32,000 bases of DNA from Candidatus Scalindua sp. (GCA_031316235.1 JALDRA010000002.1:1-32000); one strand, 5' to 3'; positions 1 through 9,666 are shown, numbered from the stretch's first letter. Translations and numbers: made by a program. The notes: generated from the letters alone by a model not told the origin.

Positions 1-78
1 ATTGCAGCGGAAGCTGCGAATAAAAGTGTCGCTGTAGTGATAATTTCTCCTTTGGTATATTGCCTTATAATCTTTCAT
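1..78 (-). CDS. 5' end of an unidentified gene that continues beyond the window (26 codons visible: MKDYKAIYQRRNYHYSDTFIRSFRCN...)
   Basis: ATG at 78..76 lies 1 nt after the TGA (82..80) of the upstream radical SAM/ArsM gene, which suggests translational coupling. The frame stays open to position 1. It is too short to assign a family. Confidence 0.35.
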   Translation of the reverse strand, partial: MKDYKAIYQRRNYHYSDTFIRSFRCN

Positions 79-79
79 C

Positions 80-2596
80 TCAACAACACGAAACACCCTC
101 TTCTGAAGTACTGCAACTGGATGATACATTACCCTTTCCATTAGGATTGTTAATGGTAAACTGACCAGTATAAGGTAGATTAGCGAGTTTTGCCGCTGTA
201 TCCGTGCATATTTCTACCGGCTCATTCCGGGGGAAGAGATGGCCTTCTTCATCGATAATAGCCTTATACGGGCCATGATAGATTGCCTTCTGCCCAACGT
301 ATACACACCCATCCTTCTTTTCAAACTTATATCCACGCACCGTTATAGAATGAAATGAATAGCCTTCCACATCTTTCCAGAACACCTTCGATAATGTCTG
401 AAGTCCGTAAAAACCAGCCTGTTCAAGATAGGCCATAAATTCATCTTCAGTAAGTGCGCCGCTGATACACTCGCCCCATAATTGCCTGTTAAGTTTAAGA
501 TGTGGGGGAGTCTCTGCCTGAGAGACAATATCAGATATTACAATCCTTCCATGGTCTTTCAGGATTCGCCACATTTCATTAAAAACCGCTTTTTTATCAG
601 GTGATAGATTAATGACACAATTTGATGTGATCAGATCAACAGTGCTATTATCAACCGGGATATCTTCCAGGAATCCCTTTCTGAACTCCACAATATCGTA
701 GCCGAGATTCTTTGCCACCAGATATCTGTTCTCGTCAGCAACCTTCAGCATTTCATCCGTCATATCAATTCCGTAAATCTTCCCCTTCGGGCCGACTTTT
801 TTAGCAGCAATGAAACAGTCAATACCCGCGCCTGCTCCCAGATCAACCATGGTCTCTCCCGGTAGAACCTCAGCAATAATTGTCGGACTCCCGCATCCAT
901 AGAACCTGTCCAATACTTCTTGTGGAATATGGCTGGTATCTTCCTGAGAATTCTTTGTCGGACAGCATAATTCCTCCTGAGGCTCTTCTGCCGCCTTACC
1001 GTAGAATTCACGCACGATACTCCTGGGCTTATCAACATCGAAAGAGAGTACACAGTTGGAATGAAGAGTGTAAACAGATTGTGAATCTGCAACCTGTTCA
1101 TCAGCGCCACAAACAGCCGCGCCATCACCCATCGATCTTAAAACAGTGGGGGCACTGAATCCTGTTTTTCTCTCCTGCGTTTTTTTCCTGACTTCGGCAA
1201 GCTCAAAGACAACATCCTTTGTTATTTTCTTGTGCAGATCACAATAAGGATCAAGAGCATGTATGCCGACGTTCTCGGGGAATTTATCTGTTTCAAGCTT
1301 GAACCCGTTCTCAGAGTAAAAGAATGAATGTTCAATGTCCCCGCCTCCACATATAAATTTAATATGACACTTGCTACACTTGTCTTTATTCTGAAGTGTC
1401 GCATTTCTGAATGCCTTGCTCATATTACTGTTTTCCCAGATTTCCCTGAGCGGATTATCAAGAACATTTCCACACCTCAGGCCTGCATGACCGGCAAATG
1501 AAGCAGAGGGATAAACGTCACCGTTTGAATATACACACATGCTGTCGTAACAGGCATTCCCCAAATCATAACGTGTGCCCCTGTTGCTGTTTGCCCTGAA
1601 TTTGTATGAATCATGGTTGTCAACTACAATACCTGATTCTCTGGCAACTTCCTTCACTTTTCCCGTTACTTCAATCACCCTATCTATCGGAGGAATGGAA
1701 TCAGTGCCATTGTCAGTTATCCTGCCCCTTTTATGAGCCCACAAAAGATGGTGGGTTTTTACTTCTAACAAAGCAAGCAATTTTGTCGTCTCCGGTATGT
1801 CATCTACGTTGCTGTTCGTAACGACCGTTGTTACCGTTGGAGAAAATCCGGCACCAACAATATTCTTAATCCCTTCAACGATCAGATTAAAACTACCTTT
1901 GCCTCTTAACGGATCATTGATCTCCGGCTTTGAGCCATCAAGGCTTATCTGGATCTTTAAGAGCTTTTTATCAAACTGTTGCAACTTTTCAATTGTTTCT
2001 CCCATCAGGAGCGTTCCGTTCGTAAGTATTATAAGTTCTGACTTTTTCTGGTTGCAGACATAATCGATAAGTTCAAAAATGTCCTTTCTCATGAGGGGCT
2101 CTCCTCCTGTAAAGTAAAAGCGGGATGTTCCCAATACCAGAGCCTCATCGATAATCATTTTGATGCTTTCAGTTGAAAGGCCCTTGTCCTCATTTGGTGA
2201 CGAATTCACCAGGCAATGTGAACATGTCAGATTGCATGAATTATTTGTGTGTATCCACAACTCATTGAGTTTGTCCACACGAATGAAATCTGCACGCCCC
2301 GTGTATTCGATCCTCTTTACCGGTTCTGATGTCAGAAATTCAGACCTTATCAGATCCTTCAGTAACGTATGAACTTCCAGCCATGCTCTGGTGTAGTCCA
2401 TATCAAAATTATTTGCATAGTTGTGCATCAGCTCCTTAACGTTTTTGCAATTCTTAATATCGTCTATGATCTGACTACCTCTTTTATCAGTAATAATCCA
2501 GTTCGGCATTTCGGGATCGAGAAACAGATGAAGAGAGTCCTGTTCTATATGATAATAATCAGGTGCGTAAAAAACCGATTTTTCGGTTATTTCCAT
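80..2596 (-). CDS. Fusion protein: PqqD/RRE-like N-terminal region + radical SAM (SPASM-type) + ArsM-family arsenite/SAM methyltransferase + Cys-rich C-terminal tail
   Basis: The ORF is open over 80..2650. I place the start at ATG 2596..2594 (MEITEKS...) because GGAGGT sits 10 nt upstream. CNLTCSHC is the CX3CX2C radical SAM cluster motif. The Cys-rich segment CYDSMC...LRCGNV...[13 protein letters not shown] is SPASM-like. The C-terminal half carries ArsM hallmarks: [22 protein letters not shown] (SAM motif I), [20 protein letters not shown] and WGECISGA. Confidence 0.85.
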   Translation of the reverse strand: MEITEKSVFYAPDYYHIEQDSLHLFLDPEMPNWIITDKRGSQIIDDIKNCKNVKELMHNYANNFDMDYTRAWLEVHTLLKDLIRSEFLTSEPVKRIEYTGRADFIRVDKLNELWIHTNNSCNLTCSHCLVNSSPNEDKGLSTESIKMIIDEALVLGTSRFYFTGGEPLMRKDIFELIDYVCNQKKSELIILTNGTLLMGETIEKLQQFDKKLLKIQISLDGSKPEINDPLRGKGSFNLIVEGIKNIVGAGFSPTVTTVVTNSNVDDIPETTKLLALLEVKTHHLLWAHKRGRITDNGTDSIPPIDRVIEVTGKVKEVARESGIVVDNHDSYKFRANSNRGTRYDLGNACYDSMCVYSNGDVYPSASFAGHAGLRCGNVLDNPLREIWENSNMSKAFRNATLQNKDKCSKCHIKFICGGGDIEHSFFYSENGFKLETDKFPENVGIHALDPYCDLHKKITKDVVFELAEVRKKTQERKTGFSAPTVLRSMGDGAAVCGADEQVADSQSVYTLHSNCVLSFDVDKPRSIVREFYGKAAEEPQEELCCPTKNSQEDTSHIPQEVLDRFYGCGSPTIIAEVLPGETMVDLGAGAGIDCFIAAKKVGPKGKIYGIDMTDEMLKVADENRYLVAKNLGYDIVEFRKGFLEDIPVDNSTVDLITSNCVINLSPDKKAVFNEMWRILKDHGRIVISDIVSQAETPPHLKLNRQLWGECISGALTEDEFMAYLEQAGFYGLQTLSKVFWKDVEGYSFHSITVRGYKFEKKDGCVYVGQKAIYHGPYKAIIDEEGHLFPRNEPVEICTDTAAKLANLPYTGQFTINNPNGKGNVSSSCSTSEEGVSCC

Positions 2597-2657
2597 TTTA
2601 ACTTCTACCTCCAATAAAACATTATGCAAGAAAAAGTAAAGCAATGCCACAAAGACA

Positions 2658-4091
2658 CTAAGTCACCAAGTCTATACTGGTCCTGATAGCTTTATACCTT
2701 TGTGGCAAAACGGTTTTTAACCATCCATAAATTAGCAGGACATAAAATGGGAGGTATTCCGGAAGCTTAAGCCAGTGCACTTCCTTCCATACCCATTCGT
2801 CATTGTACCATATCATTTTAGAAAACAATTCATGGCTCATAAAATAATAACAAATAACCGTTCCGGTCAGGACAAGCCACGCTCTGTTTTTGTTAAAACA
2901 GAGAAAGGGGATAATCCATGTCAGATACCACGGATGTAATGTTGGGGCCAATATTAAAAAAGTCCCAATAGCTATAAATACATAATGTAAGACAAAATTA
3001 TTCATCTTTATATTCCCTCTTTTTTCAGCTTCCTTTTTAGAGGAGGCAAGAGGAGGTTTTCCATTATTATGTATAATTAAAAGATTTAAATATTTTTTAT
3101 ATAAAATGAAAAGAACCGATCCAAAAATCAATGCTGTTACTATTCTAGATGCCACATGTGAGCCTATGCATAAACAGAAAATCAGGAAATGTGCAGAATC
3201 GTTAAAATGATACTGGGTCCCAAAATGGAAGAGAGTAGAAAACAGCCCGCTGCCGGCGCTGATATATGGTAAATACAAAACAGCTATAACGGCAAAAAAT
3301 ACTACAATATATTTACGTTTTTTACCTGGAATCAGAAAAGGTGCGACAATGATGAATATAAATTTGGACATTACTGCCAGGGCAATAGAAAAGACTGTTC
3401 CCAAATTTTTTCTAATCACACAGAGATACAACGCGAGTATAACAAAGAATATCTGAAGGGAATCACAATGGCCTCTTGCAGCAAAACTGAGAAGGATTAA
3501 CGGGCTCCACGCATATGTCAACACATTATGTGGATTTTTTCCCATCACCTTTAAAAACTTCAATAATATGAAAATTGACAGAACATCAAAGAACAGAAAA
3601 AAAGACTTCATTGATATTATAGTATGTGAAACATAATCGGCTACTGCGAACACCATAAGCGTAAGCGGTGGATAAATCGCAGGCAGATGTTTATGATTAA
3701 TATCAGAGAAAAAACTATCCCTGAGATGTTCCAGGCTTGAAGCTTCCGGTGGATGGGAGTAAGGACTTATCCCGTTTAACTGTAATTTTCCTTCCCATAG
3801 ATATCGATATATGTCGTCTGAAGGGGCAACCGGCAGAAGCGTAAGCCGAAATAGCAATGAAAAGATGATGATAGTCCAGAGAGCTGCAATCGAATTGTTG
3901 TTCTCCTGTTCATCCGACTCCTCATTCTTTGACATATAGAATATGGCAAATATATACGTAATAAATGAGGTAATGTACAAAATAGCAAAACAGGGAATAT
4001 TCTTTTTTATATCACCGATGTAAGCAATTACAATACAAAGGATTTCAATAATAAATCCTGTTATTAAAATGGTTATTAATTTCCTGTTCAT
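2658..4091 (-). CDS. Polytopic membrane glycosyltransferase, GT-C fold (DUF2029/GT87-like, polyprenol-phosphate-sugar dependent)
   Basis: The 477-aa ORF has about a dozen hydrophobic spans by eye. The first loop carries PSDDIYRYLWEGKLQLNGISPYSHPP, the acidic DD..RY..G....G..PY motif typical of this family. Confidence 0.6.
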   Translation of the reverse strand: MNRKLITILITGFIIEILCIVIAYIGDIKKNIPCFAILYITSFITYIFAIFYMSKNEESDEQENNNSIAALWTIIIFSLLFRLTLLPVAPSDDIYRYLWEGKLQLNGISPYSHPPEASSLEHLRDSFFSDINHKHLPAIYPPLTLMVFAVADYVSHTIISMKSFFLFFDVLSIFILLKFLKVMGKNPHNVLTYAWSPLILLSFAARGHCDSLQIFFVILALYLCVIRKNLGTVFSIALAVMSKFIFIIVAPFLIPGKKRKYIVVFFAVIAVLYLPYISAGSGLFSTLFHFGTQYHFNDSAHFLIFCLCIGSHVASRIVTALIFGSVLFILYKKYLNLLIIHNNGKPPLASSKKEAEKRGNIKMNNFVLHYVFIAIGTFLILAPTLHPWYLTWIIPFLCFNKNRAWLVLTGTVICYYFMSHELFSKMIWYNDEWVWKEVHWLKLPEYLPFYVLLIYGWLKTVLPQRYKAIRTSIDLVT

Positions 4092-4178
4092 TGTAATGAA
4101 ATATTTCAGACTGAGTGCCTACCCTGCACGAGAATCTTCAAAGTTCACCAAATGCGCGAATCTGATTTCCGCAGTGCA

Positions 4179-4460
4179 TTACTCAATATCAAAGACTTCT
4201 GTTTCGGGATTGCAGTCTGACCAGATAAACCAGTAAACGTTTAGAAAATTGACATGCCGAAGCGTTTTGCCCATCATGCTCCATTTTATACCAATCCCGT
4301 TTTCCAGGTCCCACGTAGTATTTGTTGTGCTGTCTGTCGTATCATTCCTGTTTTTCTCAAATTTAATCACCGTTCTGTCTACCTGCCTGTCATAAACCTT
4401 AATAATACCGGTATCGTTATTCCTGTAAACGAGCAGATTCATACCGTCAAATTCATCAGT
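4179..4460 (-). pseudogene. C-terminal remnant (~93 codons) of a DUF3179-family gene, truncated at the edge of repeat copy 1
   Basis: The translation TDEFDGMNLLVYRNNDTGIIKVYDRQVDRTVIKFEKN...TTWDLENGIGIKWSMMGKTLRHVNFLNVYWFIWSDCNPETEVF matches the characteristic DUF3179 C-terminus by eye (D..T.S.W....G.....G..L ... fWFaW..f.PeT.v). The frame upstream runs straight into the repeat, and no N-terminal half is present. Confidence 0.5.
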
Positions 4461-4600
4461 TATACTAAAACCGATTTGGTTTTCGGTTTTACTGGAAACC
4501 AAATCTTGGTGAAGGTATCCCCGGACAAAAAGCGCCGAGGACTTGTACTCGCTCAATTTTATCTCGGATTTTATCCGAAATCCAGTATGAGATGAGTATA
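4461..4600 (+). repeat. Dispersed ~140-bp MITE-like element, copy 1 (full length, subfamily A). The + orientation is defined arbitrarily as TATACTAAAACC...GATGAGTATA
   Basis: It differs at 2 of 140 positions from copy 9 (23968..24107). It is intergenic, between the GT2 and GT-C genes. Confidence 0.95.
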
Positions 4601-4716
4601 TCTCATATTTTCCTGTAAAATATCAGTACTGGCCCGACACAAATTGCCATTAGAAACTGATGTGAACACCACTGAACAAAGTAAGCAGAGATGTTTTTTA
4701 CATAAAAATAATTCAA

Positions 4717-6243
4717 TCAGCATTTTATTGTTTCATTAAACTTCTGAAAAAGAGAAAGCATGCCGACGTAAAGAAACCCGATCGCATACATCAACAGAAA
4801 AGGCCCGAATACAAATTTCTTATTACTCGTATATTGCATAAATCCTATGAAGCAATATACGCTTAAGAGTATTTCACTGATGAAGAATACCTGCAGTGGT
4901 AATGAGTAATTTTTTACCAGTATATTCCTGCCTCGATTGATCACACCGTACTTGGGCGTTCTAATAAAATCACTCTTGATATTAAACAGTGCTTCGAATA
5001 CCGCTTTTGTGTTATTAACAGCAATGCCACACCCTATAACCATAAGTGCGGGAATAAACAAACACCTTTTCTTCCAGTCTTTATAGCCCTTTTTCTGAGA
5101 AACTATATAAAGAAATGTAGGCGCAAATGCTCCCATGGATATTAAAAATATCAGGATTACCATTGTTAGAGAAACTGACATGTTACTGATCTGCTCTTTT
5201 AATAAAACGATGAGAGGAAAGGATAACAGGGCAAGCATAATCATCATTGGATGGACCATGTACTGGTTCAGGTGAATAAAGGCCTCTACCTTCTTTATCA
5301 GGCTATCGTTCGTCTTGAATATTTGAGGTAAAACCTTTTTAGCTGTCTGAATAGAACCCTTTGCCCATCTATGCTGTTGAGATTTATAGGCATTTATATC
5401 AACCGGCAGTTCTGACGGCGTGACAACATCAAACAGAAATTTAGTATTCCAGCCTTTTAATTGAGCTCTGTATGACAGCTCCAGATCTTCCGTCAGGGTA
5501 TCAAAATTCCACCCACCTGAGTCAATAATTGCCTCCCGTCTCCAGACCCCGGCAGTTCCATTAAAATTCATATATAATCCATTCCAGTTCCTGGCACCCT
5601 GCTCGATAATAAAGTGGCCGTCCATACCAATGCTCTGTACTATTGTAAGAAGAGAGAAATTTGGATTTATGTGCCCCCATCGTGTTTGAATAATGGCAAC
5701 TTTTGACCTTTCATAAAAGAAGGGAATAGTGTCATAAAGAAAATCTTTATCAGGTACAAAATCAGCATCAAAGATTGCCAGAAACTCACCTTCAGCCTTT
5801 TCCATGCCCAGGTTTAATGCCCCTGCCTTAAATCCATCTCTCGTGTCTCTGACAATATGATTTATGTTAAACCCTATCGCACGGTATTTATTAACCAGTT
5901 CAGATACAATGTCCCTTGTTTCATCATTAGAATCGTCCAGTACCTGTATTTCATGAAGCTCCTTCGGATAATCAATATTTATGACTGCCTTAATTAAACG
6001 TCCGACTACATGCTTTTCGTTATAAACGGGTAATTGTGTTGTAACTTTTGGCAGCATATCTTTGCTATGATTTGACCAGAATTGTTTAAGAAACTCCTGA
6101 TTCCCGGATGTTTCCTTCTTGACCTTCCTTAAAAAGAGATAAATCATATAATAATTATTGATGCCATAAAGGAAGAGCCATATCGCTGCAGGACAATAGA
6201 AAATAAGAATTATTATCAGCAATGTTTTGTTCATATAAATCAT
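4717..6243 (-). CDS. Processive family-2 glycosyltransferase (membrane-embedded beta-glycan synthase, CslA/cellulose-synthase-like)
   Basis: Motifs DDSND, FDADF (DxD), TEDLELS (TED) and QQHRWAKG (QxxRW) are present. One N-terminal and several C-terminal hydrophobic helices are visible. Confidence 0.85.
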   Translation of the reverse strand: MIYMNKTLLIIILIFYCPAAIWLFLYGINNYYMIYLFLRKVKKETSGNQEFLKQFWSNHSKDMLPKVTTQLPVYNEKHVVGRLIKAVINIDYPKELHEIQVLDDSNDETRDIVSELVNKYRAIGFNINHIVRDTRDGFKAGALNLGMEKAEGEFLAIFDADFVPDKDFLYDTIPFFYERSKVAIIQTRWGHINPNFSLLTIVQSIGMDGHFIIEQGARNWNGLYMNFNGTAGVWRREAIIDSGGWNFDTLTEDLELSYRAQLKGWNTKFLFDVVTPSELPVDINAYKSQQHRWAKGSIQTAKKVLPQIFKTNDSLIKKVEAFIHLNQYMVHPMMIMLALLSFPLIVLLKEQISNMSVSLTMVILIFLISMGAFAPTFLYIVSQKKGYKDWKKRCLFIPALMVIGCGIAVNNTKAVFEALFNIKSDFIRTPKYGVINRGRNILVKNYSLPLQVFFISEILLSVYCFIGFMQYTSNKKFVFGPFLLMYAIGFLYVGMLSLFQKFNETIKC

Positions 6244-6285
6244 CTCATTTCGTTTGCAAATTTATTTTGACTGTAAGTGAGTTCT

Positions 6286-6993
6286 CTACAAGTTGAGAAG
6301 AACCTGCTTATTCTCATTGTAATTGCTATCCAATCTTTCCCGCAACGCTTTCCCAAGTGACGTTGCCTTATCTATTGCTTCCGGCTGTTTTTCCAGACAC
6401 GGAATGATTTCAGGTGTAATTTTCACGTCCTCACCAAAAAACCGCTTTACACCACTGAAGCGGCAAACTTCGCCATAACCACACGAAAAGCATGCTACAG
6501 CACCTTGCGCGGCCACAACACCCACGCATTCAATCTCATTATAATCAAAGAACCCCTTGATATCATCACCTGCTATTTCATACATTTTTATGTTTCTTCC
6601 GGGCATTTCCCACTCTCCACCGCCGCCTACTGAGGCAATAGCCCCTATTTTACCGGAAAGCGTCATACCTCCATGCCCATCTTTATCGTGCCGAAAACAG
6701 TAAAATCGCTCAAGAAACGCGTGTGTGAGGGCATTAAGTCGTCCAAAATAATTAGGAGCTCCAATAACTAGAGCATCGGCTTCTAATACCTTGTGCATCA
6801 GGGGAATATAATCATCCCGGACTTTACACACATTATCCTCGATACAGCCAAGACAGCATGTGCAACCATTAATTGTCATATTATGTAAGGATATCAGCTC
6901 TGTTTCCAGGCCGGTTGCATCTAATACCGTCTTAACTAATTCTTCTGTCGTATGGCTCTTTCTCGGACTGCCACTAATACCAAGTACTTTCAT
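6286..6993 (-). CDS. Iron-sulfur flavoprotein / NADPH-dependent FMN reductase family (Isf-like)
   Basis: MKVLGISGSPRK...HTTE is the flavodoxin-like FMN-binding start. The compact Cys cluster CTCCLGCIEDNVC is typical of Isf proteins. The ORF is open to 7035, but ATG 6993 is preceded by GGGAGA and matches the family N-terminus. Confidence 0.7.
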   Translation of the reverse strand: MKVLGISGSPRKSHTTEELVKTVLDATGLETELISLHNMTINGCTCCLGCIEDNVCKVRDDYIPLMHKVLEADALVIGAPNYFGRLNALTHAFLERFYCFRHDKDGHGGMTLSGKIGAIASVGGGGEWEMPGRNIKMYEIAGDDIKGFFDYNEIECVGVVAAQGAVACFSCGYGEVCRFSGVKRFFGEDVKITPEIIPCLEKQPEAIDKATSLGKALRERLDSNYNENKQVLLNL

Positions 6994-7095
6994 TTTGTCA
7001 TTTCTCCCATATAATTTATCAATAGAACCAGACACTGATTATAATCATTTTCCCGCTCATATCAATATCCAAGCCATACCAGCTCCTTTTTGATA

Positions 7096-7359
7096 CTAAT
7101 GTAACAATTTTTCTAAAATCTCTTTGCTCGGAGGCCGGTTTTCCTTGTATCGTATCACTCCATTCTTATTCAGGATTATATTTAGCGGTATGCCTACAAC
7201 TTGATACAACCTTGCAACTTCAGCCTTAGAGTCAAGGACAACGGGATAGATTATCCGGTTTTTCTCTGCAAAAGATTTGACCTTTTTGTTACTTCCCTGA
7301 ATGTAAATACCTGACACCTTAAGGCCATCGTCTTTACGATTGCTGTAATATTCCTTAAA
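7096..7359 (-). pseudogene. C-terminal remnant of a TlpA/ResA-like thioredoxin-fold redoxin, lacking the signal peptide and CxxC region
   Basis: The open frame reads FKEYYSNRKDDGLKVSGIYIQGSNKKVKSFAEKNRIIYPVVLDSKAEVARLYQVVGIPLNIILNKNGVI... This corresponds to the second half of TlpA-like proteins. An in-frame TGA at 7362..7360 sits only 2 nt from the stop of the upstream gene, so there is no room for the N-terminal part. Confidence 0.6.
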
Positions 7360-7364
7360 TCATA

Positions 7365-8123
7365 TCATTTTTGTGCATTTAAGCCCCAATCGTAATCAAG
7401 ATACTTTACGGCAACTTCATTGTTCCTGACAAATTCTGCATCCTCAGGATTTAAATATCCAGCCACATACTCTTCTATCTTTTTCACATTCTTAAGGAAA
7501 TCGCCCTCGTACCATTTAAAGATATGAGAGAGATATAAGATACGGTTTTCCTTATCCAGATAATTTCTGCTCTTGTCATTAATAAATGACACCGCTTGTG
7601 CTTCAAGCTGCTCTTCCAGTTTTTCAACCTTGTATGTTTCTGGTAATAATTTCGGACAACTCATAGAAGCGCAATTAATAGCAAAATGTATCCTTGGTTC
7701 TCGAAATGCCTCTCTCAGCTTTTTATTTTCCAGTACTTGTAATGTAATCTCGCCAAGCTTTATCTCAAATTTTTTTCTCTTGAAAAAACTGTCAGGAAGC
7801 CAGCCCACATCACGAACACTCTTTATCGGATACTCATCCAGGACTCCCTTTATAACAAATGCGTTATACGCGTTTATCCAGAATGCCAGGCGATGTTTAT
7901 CGGAAGGGAGATCATCAGGATTTGTATGAGAAAGATACTCAAGATATTTCTTAATCTCATTATCTTTCTTCAGCCCCTTATAATCCACTAACCCCTCCTC
8001 TGAAACATAACGGCCCAGGAGCCCATCGAAGATTGAACCCGGATCATCCTGTTCAGATGCAGAAACCTTAATTGCCAGGCCATGAACTATTGTCAAAACC
8101 AGCATTAGTATAATGGTCTTCAT
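7365..8123 (-). CDS. DUF547 domain protein with N-terminal signal peptide
   Basis: MKTIILMLVLTIVHGLAIKVSA is signal-like. The LAFWINAYNAFVIKG and IHFAINCASMSCPKL motifs are typical of DUF547 (PF04784). Confidence 0.75.
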   Translation of the reverse strand: MKTIILMLVLTIVHGLAIKVSASEQDDPGSIFDGLLGRYVSEEGLVDYKGLKKDNEIKKYLEYLSHTNPDDLPSDKHRLAFWINAYNAFVIKGVLDEYPIKSVRDVGWLPDSFFKRKKFEIKLGEITLQVLENKKLREAFREPRIHFAINCASMSCPKLLPETYKVEKLEEQLEAQAVSFINDKSRNYLDKENRILYLSHIFKWYEGDFLKNVKKIEEYVAGYLNPEDAEFVRNNEVAVKYLDYDWGLNAQK

Positions 8124-8231
8124 TTTTATCTTTTCCTCATTTTGATTAGAAAATAGATTCCCGCTTAACAGATTGCGGGAATGATAGAGAAATGTTAAGT
8201 AGATAAGTCAGGCCGCAGTAGCGACATGACT

Positions 8232-8371
8232 TATACTCATCTCATACTGGATTTCGGATAAAATCCGAGATAAAATTGAGCGAGTACAAGTCCTCGGCGC
8301 TTTTTGTCCGAAGATACCTTCACCAGGATTTAGTTTCCGGTAAAACCGAAAACCAAATCGGTTTTAGTATA
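8232..8371 (-). repeat. Dispersed ~140-bp MITE-like element, copy 2 (full length, subfamily A)
   Basis: It aligns over its whole length with copy 1 in reverse orientation. It ends 1 nt from the stop codon (8375..8373) of the decayed oxidoreductase gene. Confidence 0.95.
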
Positions 8372-8372
8372 T

Positions 8373-8950
8373 CTAACCAAACCATCTTATCAACTTCTTG
8401 GTGACCTTGGGAATCCATCCGGAAAATATCTTTTCCGCATAGTACATGTTCGTTGTCCTTCTTACCGCTTGAGACAAGGTGGGATAGACATGTATGGTCT
8501 TTGTAATACTTCCCACCCCGAGATTATTCTGCATTGCCATTGCAAATTCGTGCAATAGCTCTCCACCCTGCGGAGCAAGAACATGAGCTCCCAATATTTT
8601 ACCCTTCTTCGTACAGACGATTTTAATAATCCCCTTATCCTCACCTTTCTCTTCGGATCATCATGCACACCAATCTTTGATATCACCTCTCTCATGTGGG
8701 TCATAATATTCTTAAAATCGAAGGAGATATCTGTATCATTCAAGCCGTATTCCTTAGACCGTTTAATGAGTAAAGCTGCTTTAGCGGACCGCACCAATGC
8801 CTTTGTGGGAACACATCCATAGTAGAGACAATCCCCTCCCAGCTTGTTTTTCTCAACCAGGGCTACTCTGGCGCCAAGCTGAATCGCTCCACTCGCAACG
8901 TTTAAACCTCCAGCCCCACCACCAATTACCGTAAGATCAAAATCTTTCAT
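8373..8950 (-). pseudogene. Pyridine nucleotide-disulfide oxidoreductase (dihydrolipoyl dehydrogenase/mercuric reductase-like) with a large internal out-of-frame deletion
   Basis: The N-terminal ~100 aa are present: DLTVIGGGAGG, and GGDCLYYGCVPTK as the redox-active CxxxxC. The C-terminal dimerisation segment is present too (EDKGIIKIVCTKKGKILGAHVLAPQGGELLHEF...YPTLSQ). The two lie in different frames and join near 8640-8660. About 300 codons of the FAD/NAD central region are missing. Confidence 0.75.
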
Positions 8951-9633
8951 AATATTATTTTCTCAGTTTTCTTAAATTTTTTATACATAGTTGGTACCAG
9001 GGAAATCAATATCAACAGCGAACCTGCAATAATCAAATTCGTCATTGCCTTTTTTCCGCTCCCTGTCATGCCACTGAGAAGAGCATCTGCAAAATAGGTA
9101 TAAATAAATGTGCCGGGCAACATGCCAAGGACTGAACCCAGCAAATAATCACGGTACTTAATCCTGGAAAGACCAGAGCCAAAGTTAAGTCCATTAAAAG
9201 GGACAAGAGGGATTAGCCTGAGTGTGAATATAAACCGGAAACCATGACCGGCAACTTTTTCATCAAAGGACTCTATCCTTCCATTCATAAGCCTTGCCAC
9301 GAAATCTCGCCCGAAGTATCTTGCCATCAAGAATGCAAGAGTAGCACCCAGATTAGAGGCCAATATGTTATAAAAACTACCCCATACCACCCCGAATATT
9401 GCCCCTCCGCACAAGGTTAAGAGTGAACCGGGTAACGCGAAAACAGATCCGATACCATAAATAATAATGAAAACGGGAGGTCCCCACCAATGTTCCCTGA
9501 ACCGAGAAAGAAGATCCAGAAGCACTTCCTTTTGGGTATATTGCGACAAGGAAGTATATCTGAACGCAAAGTACGCACCCGCAATAATAATTATCAGAAT
9601 TGCAAACTTTATAATTGATTTCTTGTTCGTCAT
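8947..9633 (-). CDS. TVP38/TMEM64 (DedA/SNARE-associated) family membrane protein
   Basis: The ORF is 228 aa with 5-6 hydrophobic spans. Motifs G.LLTLCGGAIFG and F..RLIPL.PFN..N...G (PF09335-like) are present. Its stop overlaps the downstream ATG as ATGA. Confidence 0.75.
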   Translation of the reverse strand: MTNKKSIIKFAILIIIIAGAYFAFRYTSLSQYTQKEVLLDLLSRFREHWWGPPVFIIIYGIGSVFALPGSLLTLCGGAIFGVVWGSFYNILASNLGATLAFLMARYFGRDFVARLMNGRIESFDEKVAGHGFRFIFTLRLIPLVPFNGLNFGSGLSRIKYRDYLLGSVLGMLPGTFIYTYFADALLSGMTGSGKKAMTNLIIAGSLLILISLVPTMYKKFKKTEKIIL

Positions 9634-9666
9634 AATCTTTCTCTCAAGCTTTCTTAAACATTCTCA

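Noticed and set aside
343-2617. Multiple 60-120-aa ORFs on both strands within 80-2650 (for example 760-1128 and 880-1158).
   Set aside because: They are nested in, or antisense to, the 2.5-kb fusion-enzyme ORF, whose motifs are unambiguous.
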